DNA from: Vulcanimicrobiales bacterium
GTDB taxonomy: Bacteria; Vulcanimicrobiota; Vulcanimicrobiia; Vulcanimicrobiales; Vulcanimicrobiaceae
Assembly: GCA_038231455.1 (NCBI GenBank)
Contig: JBBRLI010000025.1
Coordinates: forward strand, 1 to 42,426
Direction: 5' to 3'
Length of the DNA: 42,426 nt
Shown here: positions 26,575-35,620 of the stretch, in pieces
Layout of the letters: every line of letters begins with the position of its first letter
Numbering within the stretch: position 1 is the stretch's first letter
Made by a program: the position numbers and the translations under genes
Notes under the pieces: generated by a model
Told to the model about the DNA's origin: nothing
The model's database searches: none
The model's input: only the letters and a program-made list of their open reading frames with translations

Positions 26575-27063
26575 ATGATCATCATCGCTCCGGGAGCGCG
26601 CGTTTCGCCGATGGCGGATATCGAAGATTCGACCCGTGGTTCGAAAATCACGATTGAAGATGGTGCGGTGATCGATTCGTTCGTGAAGATCAAATTCGCG
26701 GGCGGGGACGGGGACATCGTCATCGGTCGGAATGCCGTCGTGAACTCGGGCTGCGTGATTTACTCCGGACACGGGGTCGTGCTCGGCGCGAACTCGCGCA
26801 TCGCCGCGAATTCGACCCTCGTCGGTGCCGAACATGAATACCGGGATCGCTCGAAGACGATCTGGGAGCAGCGATTCACCGCGAGCCGCGGCGGAATCGT
26901 GATCGAAGAAGACGTCTGGATTGGGGCGCACTGCGTGCTCCTCGACGGCTCGATCTTGCGCAAGGGATGTGTCGTCGGCGCCCATTCGCTCGTGCGCACC
27001 GAACTCGACGAATACTCGGTCAACGTTGGTATCCCAACCAAACGCGTGGGTTACCGTGAGTGA
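26575..27063 (+). CDS. Hexapeptide-repeat (LbH) acyltransferase
   Basis: IVIGRNAVVNSGCVIY and GGIVIEEDVWIGAHCVLLDG...GCVVGAHSLV...VGIP. Confidence 0.9.
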   Translation: MIIIAPGARVSPMADIEDSTRGSKITIEDGAVIDSFVKIKFAGGDGDIVIGRNAVVNSGCVIYSGHGVVLGANSRIAANSTLVGAEHEYRDRSKTIWEQRFTASRGGIVIEEDVWIGAHCVLLDGSILRKGCVVGAHSLVRTELDEYSVNVGIPTKRVGYRE

Positions 27064-27877
27064 GATCGCCCAAGCCACCGTCATCGGCGGCCGCGGCTTT
27101 ATCGCCTCGCACCTCGTCGCGGCGCTCGAAGCGTCCGGTGTGCGGTGTTGGGTACCGCAACCGGATGATGCGGACTTGTCCCGGCGCGAACTCGGCGCCG
27201 TTTTTTACTGCGCGGGCGTGAACGCTGGCTCGACGCGACCGGGGTTCGACTCGCAGCGCATCCACGTTGGGCAAGTTGCGGACATCTTGGATCGCGGACG
27301 GTTTGATTCGCTCCTGTATCTTTCATCGACGCGCATTTATCTCGACGCCAACACGGGTTCGGAAGAGGCGACGATTCGCGTTCGACCGCTCGATGCCGAT
27401 CAGTTGTTCAACATCACGAAACTTGCCGGCGAGTCGGTGTGCCTGCGCGATTCACGTTCGCGCGTTCGCGTCGCGCGCGTCGCGAACGTGTTTGGTCCGG
27501 GCGCGCGGGCTGTCAATTTTCTTCCGTCGATTATTTCTGAGGCGATGGAAACGGGTCGTCTCGTGTTGCGCAGCGCACTCGATTCGGCGAAGGACTATAT
27601 CTCGATTCGCGATTGTATTCGCGCGCTAGTGGCAATCGCCGAGCGCGGCACCGAACGCCTCTACAACGTCGCTTCCGGAATCAATGTGACCCACGGGCAA
27701 ATTACAACCGCGCTTTCGCGTGCGACCGGAGCCACGATCGAAGTCGCGCCACATGCTCCATCGATCGTTTTCCCCCGTATCGAGGTCGCTCGTATCCGGG
27801 TTTTGATGCCGCCGCTCGCGGACTCCGTGCTCGACTCGTTCACGGACCTCGTTCGAAATTTTAAGGAAAGTGCATGA
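27056..27877 (+). CDS. NAD-dependent epimerase/reductase (extended SDR)
   Basis: TVIGGRGFIASHL, YCAG, YLSSTRIY, RVANVFG, KDYI, YNVASG; GTG start 27056 overlaps the acyltransferase end. Confidence 0.85.
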   Translation: MSEIAQATVIGGRGFIASHLVAALEASGVRCWVPQPDDADLSRRELGAVFYCAGVNAGSTRPGFDSQRIHVGQVADILDRGRFDSLLYLSSTRIYLDANTGSEEATIRVRPLDADQLFNITKLAGESVCLRDSRSRVRVARVANVFGPGARAVNFLPSIISEAMETGRLVLRSALDSAKDYISIRDCIRALVAIAERGTERLYNVASGINVTHGQITTALSRATGATIEVAPHAPSIVFPRIEVARIRVLMPPLADSVLDSFTDLVRNFKESA

Positions 27878-28935
27878 TGATGACCGACTCCAAACGCCTT
27901 GCCGACGCGTGCGCGGCCCTCGGGAACGACGAGGATGCCCGTGCGCTCATCGTACGGGCGTGCCTCAATGCCGAAAAGCGGCTCGCTCGGATCGACTACA
28001 ACGTACGCGACGAAGTCACCGGACCGCTCGTCGATGCGTTGCACGCAAATATCGATTCGGTCTCGGTCGAACTCGCCGATGGAACGGTCGTCGAGGTGAA
28101 ATACCGCTCGAAAATCGCACGCGACATCGTTATGCGCGACGTCGCTCGTCCCGATCATGTGTTCGAGCCGCAAACGACGAAGCTCTTGTTGCACCTCGCT
28201 AAACACGCAAAGAACGTTCTCATCGGCGGTGCCTACGCGGGCGACCATGCGGTGCTTGTCGCAAAATTGATCGCGAAAGACGGCGGCGTCGTCCACGGCT
28301 TCGAACCCAACGACGAGCAAATGGAAATGCTGCACAAGAACGTCGGGCGTAACGGCCTCTCGAACGTGAAGTTCGTGGCCGATGCGCTGTGGGATACGCC
28401 CGATGTCCGCCTGGGTCTCGTTGGGAGCGACGCCTTCGCAAGCGTCGCGCCGGTCGAAACGGGCGGCTTTATGACGACCACGATCGATGCATACGGGCGC
28501 AAAGCCGGGATCGCGCATCTCGATGTGATCATGCTCGATATCGAGGGCTCCGAACTGCGCGCGCTGCAAGGTGCCGCGGGCTATTTGAGCCAGCCCGCGG
28601 GTCAAGCACCGGCGATCATCTACGAAGTCAATCGCGGCTATGTCGATTGGACGAAAGGGCTCGATACAACCGATATCGTCGCGTTTCTCGCAAAGAACGG
28701 CTACACGTCATACTGCGTGCGCGATTATCAAACCAATATCCGCGTCGATGGCCCCGTCGAACTCGTGCCCGTGACGGATGTCTATCTGAGCGGACCGCCG
28801 CACGGCTTCAACATGCTTGCGGTCAAAGAAAACGTCGATCTCAAGCCGCCGTTCTATCGCATGACGCCGGGTCTAAGCCCGAAGCTCCTCTCGCATCGCG
28901 ATCCGAAGCTGCATTCGCCGGGCGGTCCCGCCTAG
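27874..28935 (+). CDS. FkbM family SAM-dependent methyltransferase
   Basis: IGGAYAGDH, VHGFEPN, TTIDAY, IMLDIEGSELRALQGA, IIYEV. Confidence 0.88.
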   Translation: MMMTDSKRLADACAALGNDEDARALIVRACLNAEKRLARIDYNVRDEVTGPLVDALHANIDSVSVELADGTVVEVKYRSKIARDIVMRDVARPDHVFEPQTTKLLLHLAKHAKNVLIGGAYAGDHAVLVAKLIAKDGGVVHGFEPNDEQMEMLHKNVGRNGLSNVKFVADALWDTPDVRLGLVGSDAFASVAPVETGGFMTTTIDAYGRKAGIAHLDVIMLDIEGSELRALQGAAGYLSQPAGQAPAIIYEVNRGYVDWTKGLDTTDIVAFLAKNGYTSYCVRDYQTNIRVDGPVELVPVTDVYLSGPPHGFNMLAVKENVDLKPPFYRMTPGLSPKLLSHRDPKLHSPGGPA

Positions 28936-28985
28936 CGGCTTTGCGGCGCTGGGAATTCGCGCGTCCGAGGGCGCACTTGGCTAGC

Positions 28986-30452
28986 ATGAAGTTCCGTCCG
29001 TTTTCCGCCCTACTCGCCGTTGCCGCGGTGTTCGCTTTCCCACAAGCCGCGCGTGCCGATGCGGACGCGGCGCTCGCCACGATCTTCGCGCCCACGGTCA
29101 AGCCGTTCGTGAAATACGGCACCACGTCGATCGCGATCGCCGACGTGCGCGTCGTCGACGGCACGGGAGCGCCGGCGCGCGAGCACCAGACGGTCCTCAT
29201 TGCGGATGGCAAGATCGTCGCAAGCGGTCCGAACGGGTCGACCGCGATTCCCCGTGATGCGACGAAAATCGATGGCGCGGGGCAAACGCTCACGCCGGGA
29301 ATCGTCGGGACGCACAATCATCTTTACTACGTGAGCGGCGGTCCGCTCTTCATCATGCGCGAGATGCCGTACAGTTTTCCCAAGCTGTATTTGGCCAGCG
29401 GCATAACGACGATGCGCACGGCCGGCTCCGTCGAACCGATTACCGATTTGACGGTGAAATCGCAGATCGATCGCGGCGTAGCCGTTGGGCCGTCGATCCA
29501 GCCGACGAGTCCATACTTAACCGGAAAAAACGATACGTACGTCCAGATGTTGCCGCTCAAAGACGCGGACGACGCGCGCAGGACGGTGACGTTCTGGGCG
29601 GATCACGGCATCACGTCGTTCAAAATCTATACCGATATCACGCGCGCGGAACTCGCGGCCGTGATCGAAACCGCGCACGCGCGCGGCCTCAAAGTGATGG
29701 GCCACCTGTGTTCGATCGGCTTTAAAGAAGCCGCCGAAATGGGCATCGACGAGCTCGAACACGGCTTGCCCGTGGACTCGGAATTCGTCAAAGACAAACA
29801 GCCCGATGTCTGCCCCGAAGATGCGCGGTCCGATGATAGTTTGGCAAAACTGAGCGTCGACGGGCCCGAACTTACGGCTCTTGTCGATACGCTCGTCAAA
29901 CATCACGTGATTCTCAGTTCGACGCTTGCAGTGTTCGAGTCGTTCGTCGGCAATCGCCCGAGCGTGGCAAAATCGCGGCGCGTGTTCGATCTGCTCGACC
30001 CGCAAACGAAGATCGACGTGCTTACGACGCGGGCGCGGCTCGGTGGAACGCCGAGTCTCGCAGCGCAAAAAATGTTGGAGAAAGAATTCGCGTTCGAGCG
30101 CGCGTTCGTCAAAGCGGGCGGTCTGCTCACCATCGGCCCCGATCCAACCGGCTACGGCGGAGTCGTCGCGGGGTTCGGCGATCAGCGCTGCATGGAATTG
30201 CTCGTCGATGCCGGTTTCACGCCGCTCGAAGCGATTTCGATTGCAACCAAGAACGGCGCGGCGGCGCTTGGGATGAGCGATCGCATCGGCACGATCGCCG
30301 TCGGCAAAGACGCCGATCTCATTCTCATCAAAGGCTCGCCGGACAAGAAGATCGACGACATCGAAAACGTCGAGACGGTGTTCAAGAAAGGTGTGGGGTA
30401 CGATCCCAAAGCCCTGATCGATGCGGTCCGCGGGTTCGTCGGCCGCCAATGA
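28986..30452 (+). CDS. Secreted amidohydrolase family protein
   Basis: Signal peptide MKFRPFSALLAVAAVFAFPQAARA; PGIVGTHNHL (HxH), KVMGH, LEHG, GTIAVGKDADL. Real start is ATG 28986, not 28389. Confidence 0.9.
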   Translation: MKFRPFSALLAVAAVFAFPQAARADADAALATIFAPTVKPFVKYGTTSIAIADVRVVDGTGAPAREHQTVLIADGKIVASGPNGSTAIPRDATKIDGAGQTLTPGIVGTHNHLYYVSGGPLFIMREMPYSFPKLYLASGITTMRTAGSVEPITDLTVKSQIDRGVAVGPSIQPTSPYLTGKNDTYVQMLPLKDADDARRTVTFWADHGITSFKIYTDITRAELAAVIETAHARGLKVMGHLCSIGFKEAAEMGIDELEHGLPVDSEFVKDKQPDVCPEDARSDDSLAKLSVDGPELTALVDTLVKHHVILSSTLAVFESFVGNRPSVAKSRRVFDLLDPQTKIDVLTTRARLGGTPSLAAQKMLEKEFAFERAFVKAGGLLTIGPDPTGYGGVVAGFGDQRCMELLVDAGFTPLEAISIATKNGAAALGMSDRIGTIAVGKDADLILIKGSPDKKIDDIENVETVFKKGVGYDPKALIDAVRGFVGRQ

Positions 30453-31639
30453 AGCGCGTTGCGATCCTGGGCTCGACCGGCTCGATCGGCACGCAGGCGC
30501 TCGACATCATCGGGCGTCATCCCGGCCGTTTTCGCATCGCTGCACTCTCGGGCGGGCGCAACGAGGCGCTCCTCGTGCAACAAATCGAGCAATGGAAACC
30601 GACGATCGTTTCGGTTGCCGATCCCGATGCTGCCGTGCGACTTCGTGCGCGCTTCGGTGAGGATCATATCGTGCTCTCCGGTGCGTCCGGCTTGCGCGCG
30701 GTCGCTGCAGAGAGCGGCGCGGATATCGTGCTTGCAGCGACCGACGGGTCCGTCGCATTCGATGCGGTGTTCGCTGCGGTCGATGCCGGGATCGATATCG
30801 CCGTTGCAAATAAAGAACTCATCGTCGCAGCGGGCGAGCTGCTTTTCGAACGAGCGCGAATAAGCGGCGCGCGGTTGTTACCGGTCGATAGCGAACACTC
30901 GGCGATCTTTCAGTGTCTGGTCGGCGAGCCGCCCGAACGTATTGCATCGATCGTGCTTACGGCGTCCGGCGGTCCGTTTTGGGATCGCACGCTCGACGAG
31001 ATGGAAGCGGCGACGCTCGCCGATGCGCTCAACCATCCCACTTGGCAAATGGGGAAGAAGAATACCATCGATTCGGCGACGATGATGAACAAAGGCCTCG
31101 AGGTCATCGAAGCGAGCCGCTTTTTCGGCATCGATGCGGATCGCATCGGCGTGCTCGTCCATCGCACGAGTGTCGCGCACGGGTTTGCGATCTTCACCGA
31201 CGGAAACGTCAAAGCGCAGCTGGCGCCTCCGGATATGCGTCTGCCGATCGGCTATGCGCTCGCGTACCCCGATCGTCTTCCGGATCGACCGACGCCGACG
31301 CCGCTCGCTGCGCTCGGTGCGTCAGCCGGCGATCTGCGTGCGCGGCTCGACTTCGAACCGGCCGATCTTGTTCGATTCCCCTGTCTTGGATTGGCCTACG
31401 AAGCGCTGCGTGCAGGCGGGACCTCCCCCGCCGCCCTCTCGGCAGCAAACGAGATTGCCGTCGATGCGTTTCTCGCGGGGTCGATTCCCTTCGGCGCGAT
31501 CGCCCGGGTCGTACGCCACGCCCTGAGGTCTCTACCGCGCGCTACGCTGACGCTCGATGCCGTCCGGGCCGCGGACACGTTCGCGCGTCAAGCGGCAACC
31601 GACGCCGTCACCCGTGAGAGGACCATCGCGAGCGCCTAG
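30449..31639 (+). CDS. dxr: 1-deoxy-D-xylulose 5-phosphate reductoisomerase
   Basis: ILGSTGSIGTQAL, ANKE, PVDSEHSAIFQCL, LTASGGPF, HPTWQMGKK.TIDSATMMNKGLEVIEA. Confidence 0.98.
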   Translation: MKRVAILGSTGSIGTQALDIIGRHPGRFRIAALSGGRNEALLVQQIEQWKPTIVSVADPDAAVRLRARFGEDHIVLSGASGLRAVAAESGADIVLAATDGSVAFDAVFAAVDAGIDIAVANKELIVAAGELLFERARISGARLLPVDSEHSAIFQCLVGEPPERIASIVLTASGGPFWDRTLDEMEAATLADALNHPTWQMGKKNTIDSATMMNKGLEVIEASRFFGIDADRIGVLVHRTSVAHGFAIFTDGNVKAQLAPPDMRLPIGYALAYPDRLPDRPTPTPLAALGASAGDLRARLDFEPADLVRFPCLGLAYEALRAGGTSPAALSAANEIAVDAFLAGSIPFGAIARVVRHALRSLPRATLTLDAVRAADTFARQAATDAVTRERTIASA

Positions 31640-31721
31640 GTGCTCCCTTGGGTTGCTCCCGGACCAAATTCTCGAAACAAAGTGGAACCGAAACGGGTCG
31701 GATGACGGTATCTAGAAAGAG

Positions 31722-32870
31722 ATGTCGATGACGCTGCTCGCCTTTGCCTTGCCGGATGTCGCCGGGGTCACGAAGATCCTCGTCTTCCTGATCATGCTTT
31801 CGATCCTCGTGACGCTGCACGAGTACGGTCACTTCTTGCTCGCGCGCCGCAATGGCGTGCGTGTAAACGATTTTGCCGTCGGTTTCGGCCCGACGCTCCT
31901 GAAGTGGACCTCGCCGCGTTCCGGGACCAACTACCGCATCAACGCGCTCCCGCTCGGCGGCTACTGCGCGATGAAAGGCGAGGACGGCAAAACGAACGAG
32001 GCCGAACAGCGTCGTGAGTTTCTTGCCTCGGGTGGCGCGATTCACGACGACGACAACTTTCAATCGAAGTCGACGTATGCGCGTTTCGCAATCGTCGTTG
32101 CAGGCCCGATCGCCAACTTCATCGTGGCGTTCGCCCTGCTCATTATCGGGGCGCTTGCATTCGGAATACCTGATAAGTACGCCTCGACCAATGTCGGCCC
32201 GATGCTTGAGGGCTATCCGGCGCAGCTCGCGGGCATCCATCCCGGCGATAGCATCGTTGCGATCAATGGGAAACCGGTGAGCAACGGCGAGGAACTCGTC
32301 GGGATCATCCATGCATCGACCGGTAAACTCTTGCACCTGCGCTACACACGCGGCGGCGTTCCGCACGATGTCGACGTGACCCCGCGGGCCAACTCGGATC
32401 ATGGCAAAACCGTTGGCGTAATTGGCTTTAGTCCGATGTCGACGTATCGGCACGTTGGCCCGGTCGAAGCCGTAACCGAGTCCGGCACCCTTGTCGTGTC
32501 GATGATTGGCGCAACGTTCGGAACGCTCGGCGCGCTGGTCACCCATTTTTCTTCGACCGCGGGCCAACTGCAAGGCGTCGTCGGGATGGCTCGCATGTCC
32601 TCGACGGTGCAAGACCTCGGTTGGGGAGCCTATCTCTCCCTCGCTGCGATGCTCTCGGTGAACCTCGGCGTGTTCAACTTGCTGCCGATTCCGGCACTCG
32701 ATGGCGGTCGCGCGATTTTTATCATCGCCGAGATGCTGCGCGGCAAACCGGTCGATCCGGAAAAAGAAGCGCTCGTGCACGTCGGCGGTTTCGCGGTGCT
32801 CATCTTGGTGATGGTCCTGGTGACCTTTCACGACATCTCCCGGATATTTGCCGGGAAGGGCGTTTTGTAG
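31722..32870 (+). CDS. rseP: Site-2 intramembrane zinc metalloprotease with PDZ domain
   Basis: HEYGH, PLGGY, AGPIAN, PDZ segment, NLLPIPALDGG. Confidence 0.96.
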   Translation: MSMTLLAFALPDVAGVTKILVFLIMLSILVTLHEYGHFLLARRNGVRVNDFAVGFGPTLLKWTSPRSGTNYRINALPLGGYCAMKGEDGKTNEAEQRREFLASGGAIHDDDNFQSKSTYARFAIVVAGPIANFIVAFALLIIGALAFGIPDKYASTNVGPMLEGYPAQLAGIHPGDSIVAINGKPVSNGEELVGIIHASTGKLLHLRYTRGGVPHDVDVTPRANSDHGKTVGVIGFSPMSTYRHVGPVEAVTESGTLVVSMIGATFGTLGALVTHFSSTAGQLQGVVGMARMSSTVQDLGWGAYLSLAAMLSVNLGVFNLLPIPALDGGRAIFIIAEMLRGKPVDPEKEALVHVGGFAVLILVMVLVTFHDISRIFAGKGVL

Positions 32871-32885
32871 GTCTAAGAAGCTGAT

Positions 32886-34037
32886 ATGATTCGTCTGCGT
32901 CGCGCCTCGAAACCGGTATTTCTCAAGAATAAGAGCGGTGAATCCGACGCCAAAGGCGTGTGGATCGGCGGTGACCATCCCGTCGCCGTGCAGTCGATGA
33001 CGACGACCGATACCGCGGACTACGATAAGACGCTCGAACAAGTCTATGGCCTTGCAATGGCAGGCTGCGAGATCGTCCGTGTGACGTGTCAGGACGCGCG
33101 CGATGCTGCCGGCTTGCCGCACATCGTGAAACGCTCGCCCGTTCCGATCGTCGCGGATATCCACTTCGACCACCGCATGGCTCTTGCGGCAATCGAAGCC
33201 GGCGTCGCCAAGCTGCGGCTCAACCCCGGCAATATTACGGATCCCGCCAAGACCAAGGAAGTCATCGCACTTGCAATCGAGCGCGGGACGCCGATCCGCA
33301 TCGGCGTGAACATGGGTTCGCTTGCCCGCGACCTCGAGGAAAAATACGGTCACACCCCCGAGGCCATGGTCGAATCGGCCCTGCGCCACGTCGCGATCGC
33401 CGAAGAACTCGGCCACACGGATCTCGTGATTTCCCTTAAGGCGCACGATGTTACCTCGACGGTCCACGCCTACCGGTTGATGGACAAGCGCCTTGCGGAG
33501 CGCAAGACGCCTTACGCTCTCCATCTGGGCATCACCGAGGCCGGACTACTCCGGGTTGGCACGATCAAAAGCTCGATCGGCCTCGGCATCCTGCTGTGGG
33601 AAGGCATCGGCGACACGATGCGTGTCTCGCTTGCCGCCGATCCGCTTGAAGAAGTCCCCGTCTGCTGGGAGATCCTCAAGGCTCTCGGCATCCGCGAAAA
33701 GGGCTTTGAGATCACCGCGTGCCCCTCGTGCGGCCGCGCCGAAATCGACGTTTTGGACCTTGGCCGCTCGGTCGAGGCGATCGCCAAAAGCTACTCAGCG
33801 CCTGTTAAAGTTGCCGTTATGGGCTGCGTTGTCAATGGCCCAGGTGAGTCCAAAATGGCCGATGTGGGCGTTGCCGGAGGCAAGGGTAAGGGCGCGATCT
33901 ACCGGAAAGGTCTCCTCGTGGGTACGTACCCTGAGGCCGAGTTACTCGGTGCCTTGCGCGCCGAGATCGAAGCCGTCATCGCCGAACAGTACCCGGAATA
34001 CGCACATGAAATCAAGAGTGAGCCTGCAACCGCCTAG
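32886..34037 (+). CDS. ispG: HMBPP synthase (GcpE)
   Basis: VQSMTTT, VADIHF, RLNPGN, IRIGVNMGSL, LHLGITEAG, GIGDTMRVSL, CPSCGR, VMGCVVNGPGE. Confidence 0.98.
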   Translation: MIRLRRASKPVFLKNKSGESDAKGVWIGGDHPVAVQSMTTTDTADYDKTLEQVYGLAMAGCEIVRVTCQDARDAAGLPHIVKRSPVPIVADIHFDHRMALAAIEAGVAKLRLNPGNITDPAKTKEVIALAIERGTPIRIGVNMGSLARDLEEKYGHTPEAMVESALRHVAIAEELGHTDLVISLKAHDVTSTVHAYRLMDKRLAERKTPYALHLGITEAGLLRVGTIKSSIGLGILLWEGIGDTMRVSLAADPLEEVPVCWEILKALGIREKGFEITACPSCGRAEIDVLDLGRSVEAIAKSYSAPVKVAVMGCVVNGPGESKMADVGVAGGKGKGAIYRKGLLVGTYPEAELLGALRAEIEAVIAEQYPEYAHEIKSEPATA

Positions 34038-34488
34038 CGCGAAACTGCTGATCGCCACCGCTGCCGTCGCGGTTGTGGCGTCGCTCTCGCTTGCCTTCTC
34101 GCAGCCCACGACGATGCGCGTCGACGGCCACCGCGTGGTCTCGGACGTGCCGCCGGTGACGGTCGCAAAAGAAGCGTATCTCCCCATTCGCGCTGTCGCC
34201 GAGGGCTTGGGCGCCGAAGCCCGCTACGATGCCCCGACCGGCACGATCGATTTCGTCCACGGCGCCGATCATCTGCGCGTACGGATCGGGGACACGCACG
34301 CAACACTCAACGGTCAGCCGATTACACTCAAGCACGCCCCCTTTATGGTTCGTCGTCGCGCCATGATCTCAACCGCCGTCATCGCCCGAGCGCTCGGGTC
34401 GAGCGTGCGATACGACCACCGCACCGCGCGCATCGACGTCACGACGCCGGGCGTGGTCGAAGCCGGCGCGCCGGACACGACGCCTTAA
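34006..34488 (+). CDS. Copper amine oxidase N-terminal (stalk) domain protein, secreted
   Basis: Signal-like hydrophobic stretch, then YLPIRAVAEGLGAEARYD...ATLNG...APF...IARALGSSVRYD. Start is 34006 (ATG) or 34018 (GTG); the 33493 start is a shadow over ispG. Confidence 0.82.
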   Translation: MKSRVSLQPPSAKLLIATAAVAVVASLSLAFSQPTTMRVDGHRVVSDVPPVTVAKEAYLPIRAVAEGLGAEARYDAPTGTIDFVHGADHLRVRIGDTHATLNGQPITLKHAPFMVRRRAMISTAVIARALGSSVRYDHRTARIDVTTPGVVEAGAPDTTP

Positions 34489-34580
34489 CCATTCGCACCG
34501 AGCCCCTCGACCCGGTCGCAATCAAAGGACGCGCGATACATTTTGTCGCGGGACATCCGCCGCGTCCGATCGCTGCGGCT

Positions 34581-35579
34581 TTGCGCGAGATCGCGGACCG
34601 CACGCCGGTCGATCAGCGGGCGGATGTCTACGGCGCGGGCGATGCGATCGAAGCACTGGAAATCGGCGTTGCAAAATTGCTCGGCAAAGAAGCGGCGGTC
34701 TTCATGCCCAGCGGCACGATGGCGCAGCAAATTGCGCTGCGCATTCACGCCGAACGCGCGAAGAACCGAGTCGTCGCGTTTCATCCGACCTCGCACCTCG
34801 AGATTCACGAGCGCGATGGCTATCGCGTGCTTCACGGCTTGCGCAGCGTGCATGTCGGCACGGCAACGCGCATCCCATCGCTCGATGATGTCACTGGTTT
34901 GAGCGAGGAGGTCGGAACGCTTTTGCTCGAGTTGCCGCAGCGCGAAATCGGCGGCCAACTGCCGAGCTGGGACGAACTCGTCGCGCAGACGAACGCCGCG
35001 CGCGAACGCGGGATGCGCGTGCACTGCGACGGCGCGCGATTGTGGGAATCGCAGCCGCATTTCGGGCATTCGCTTGCGGACATCGCGGGCTTGTTCGATT
35101 CGGTGTACGTTTCGTTTTACAAGACGATCGGCGCGCTGACCGGAGCGATGCTGCTCGGCACGCACGACTTTTGCGCCGAAGCACGCGTGTGGCTGCGCCG
35201 ACATGGCGGCAACCTCTACATGCTCGCACCGTACGTGCTCTCGGCAACGTATGCGCTCGACGATCGGCTGCCGCGCGTTCCCGCCTATGTCGCGCGCGCC
35301 AAATCGCTTGCGGTAACATTCGCATCGGTTGCAGGTATCGAGATCGTACCCAACCCTCCACAGGCTCACATGTTCCATGCTCTGCTCCACGGCGATGCCC
35401 ACACGCTTATCACCCGCGCTCTTACCGCCGCTGACCGAAGCGGCATCTGGACCTTCGATCGACTCATCCCGACGATCCACCCGCAGCTGCACAAGTGGGA
35501 AGTCTCCGTCGGCGATGCGACGCTCGCGCTCGAGGACCGGGCGCTGGCTGCGGTCCTGGCCGAAATCGTGCACGACTAG
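34581..35579 (+). CDS. Low-specificity threonine aldolase family (PLP-dependent)
   Basis: LLGKEAAVFMPSGTMAQQ, LLELPQREIGG, VHCDGARLWE, DSVYVSFYK (PLP lysine). True start may lie near 34485-34491. Confidence 0.88.
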   Translation: MREIADRTPVDQRADVYGAGDAIEALEIGVAKLLGKEAAVFMPSGTMAQQIALRIHAERAKNRVVAFHPTSHLEIHERDGYRVLHGLRSVHVGTATRIPSLDDVTGLSEEVGTLLLELPQREIGGQLPSWDELVAQTNAARERGMRVHCDGARLWESQPHFGHSLADIAGLFDSVYVSFYKTIGALTGAMLLGTHDFCAEARVWLRRHGGNLYMLAPYVLSATYALDDRLPRVPAYVARAKSLAVTFASVAGIEIVPNPPQAHMFHALLHGDAHTLITRALTAADRSGIWTFDRLIPTIHPQLHKWEVSVGDATLALEDRALAAVLAEIVHD

Positions 35580-35620
35580 TCAACTGGGAGAACTGGTCGC
35601 CTTCGGGGGAGACTCCTAAG

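Noticed and set aside
28389-28985. N-terminal 199-aa extension of the amidohydrolase ORF
   Set aside because: Overlaps the FkbM gene in another frame, is Arg-rich junk, and a signal peptide begins at ATG 28986.
31608-33524. 638-aa minus-strand ORF
   Set aside because: Antisense shadow of rseP and ispG caused by high-GC codon bias; no recognisable motifs.
33493-34005. Long N-terminal extension of the stalk-domain ORF
   Set aside because: Out-of-frame overlap with ispG; protein-like sequence starts only near 34006.
35580-35620. c-di-AMP riboswitch upstream of kup
   Set aside because: The intergenic gap is only about 41 bp, too short, and lacks the motif.
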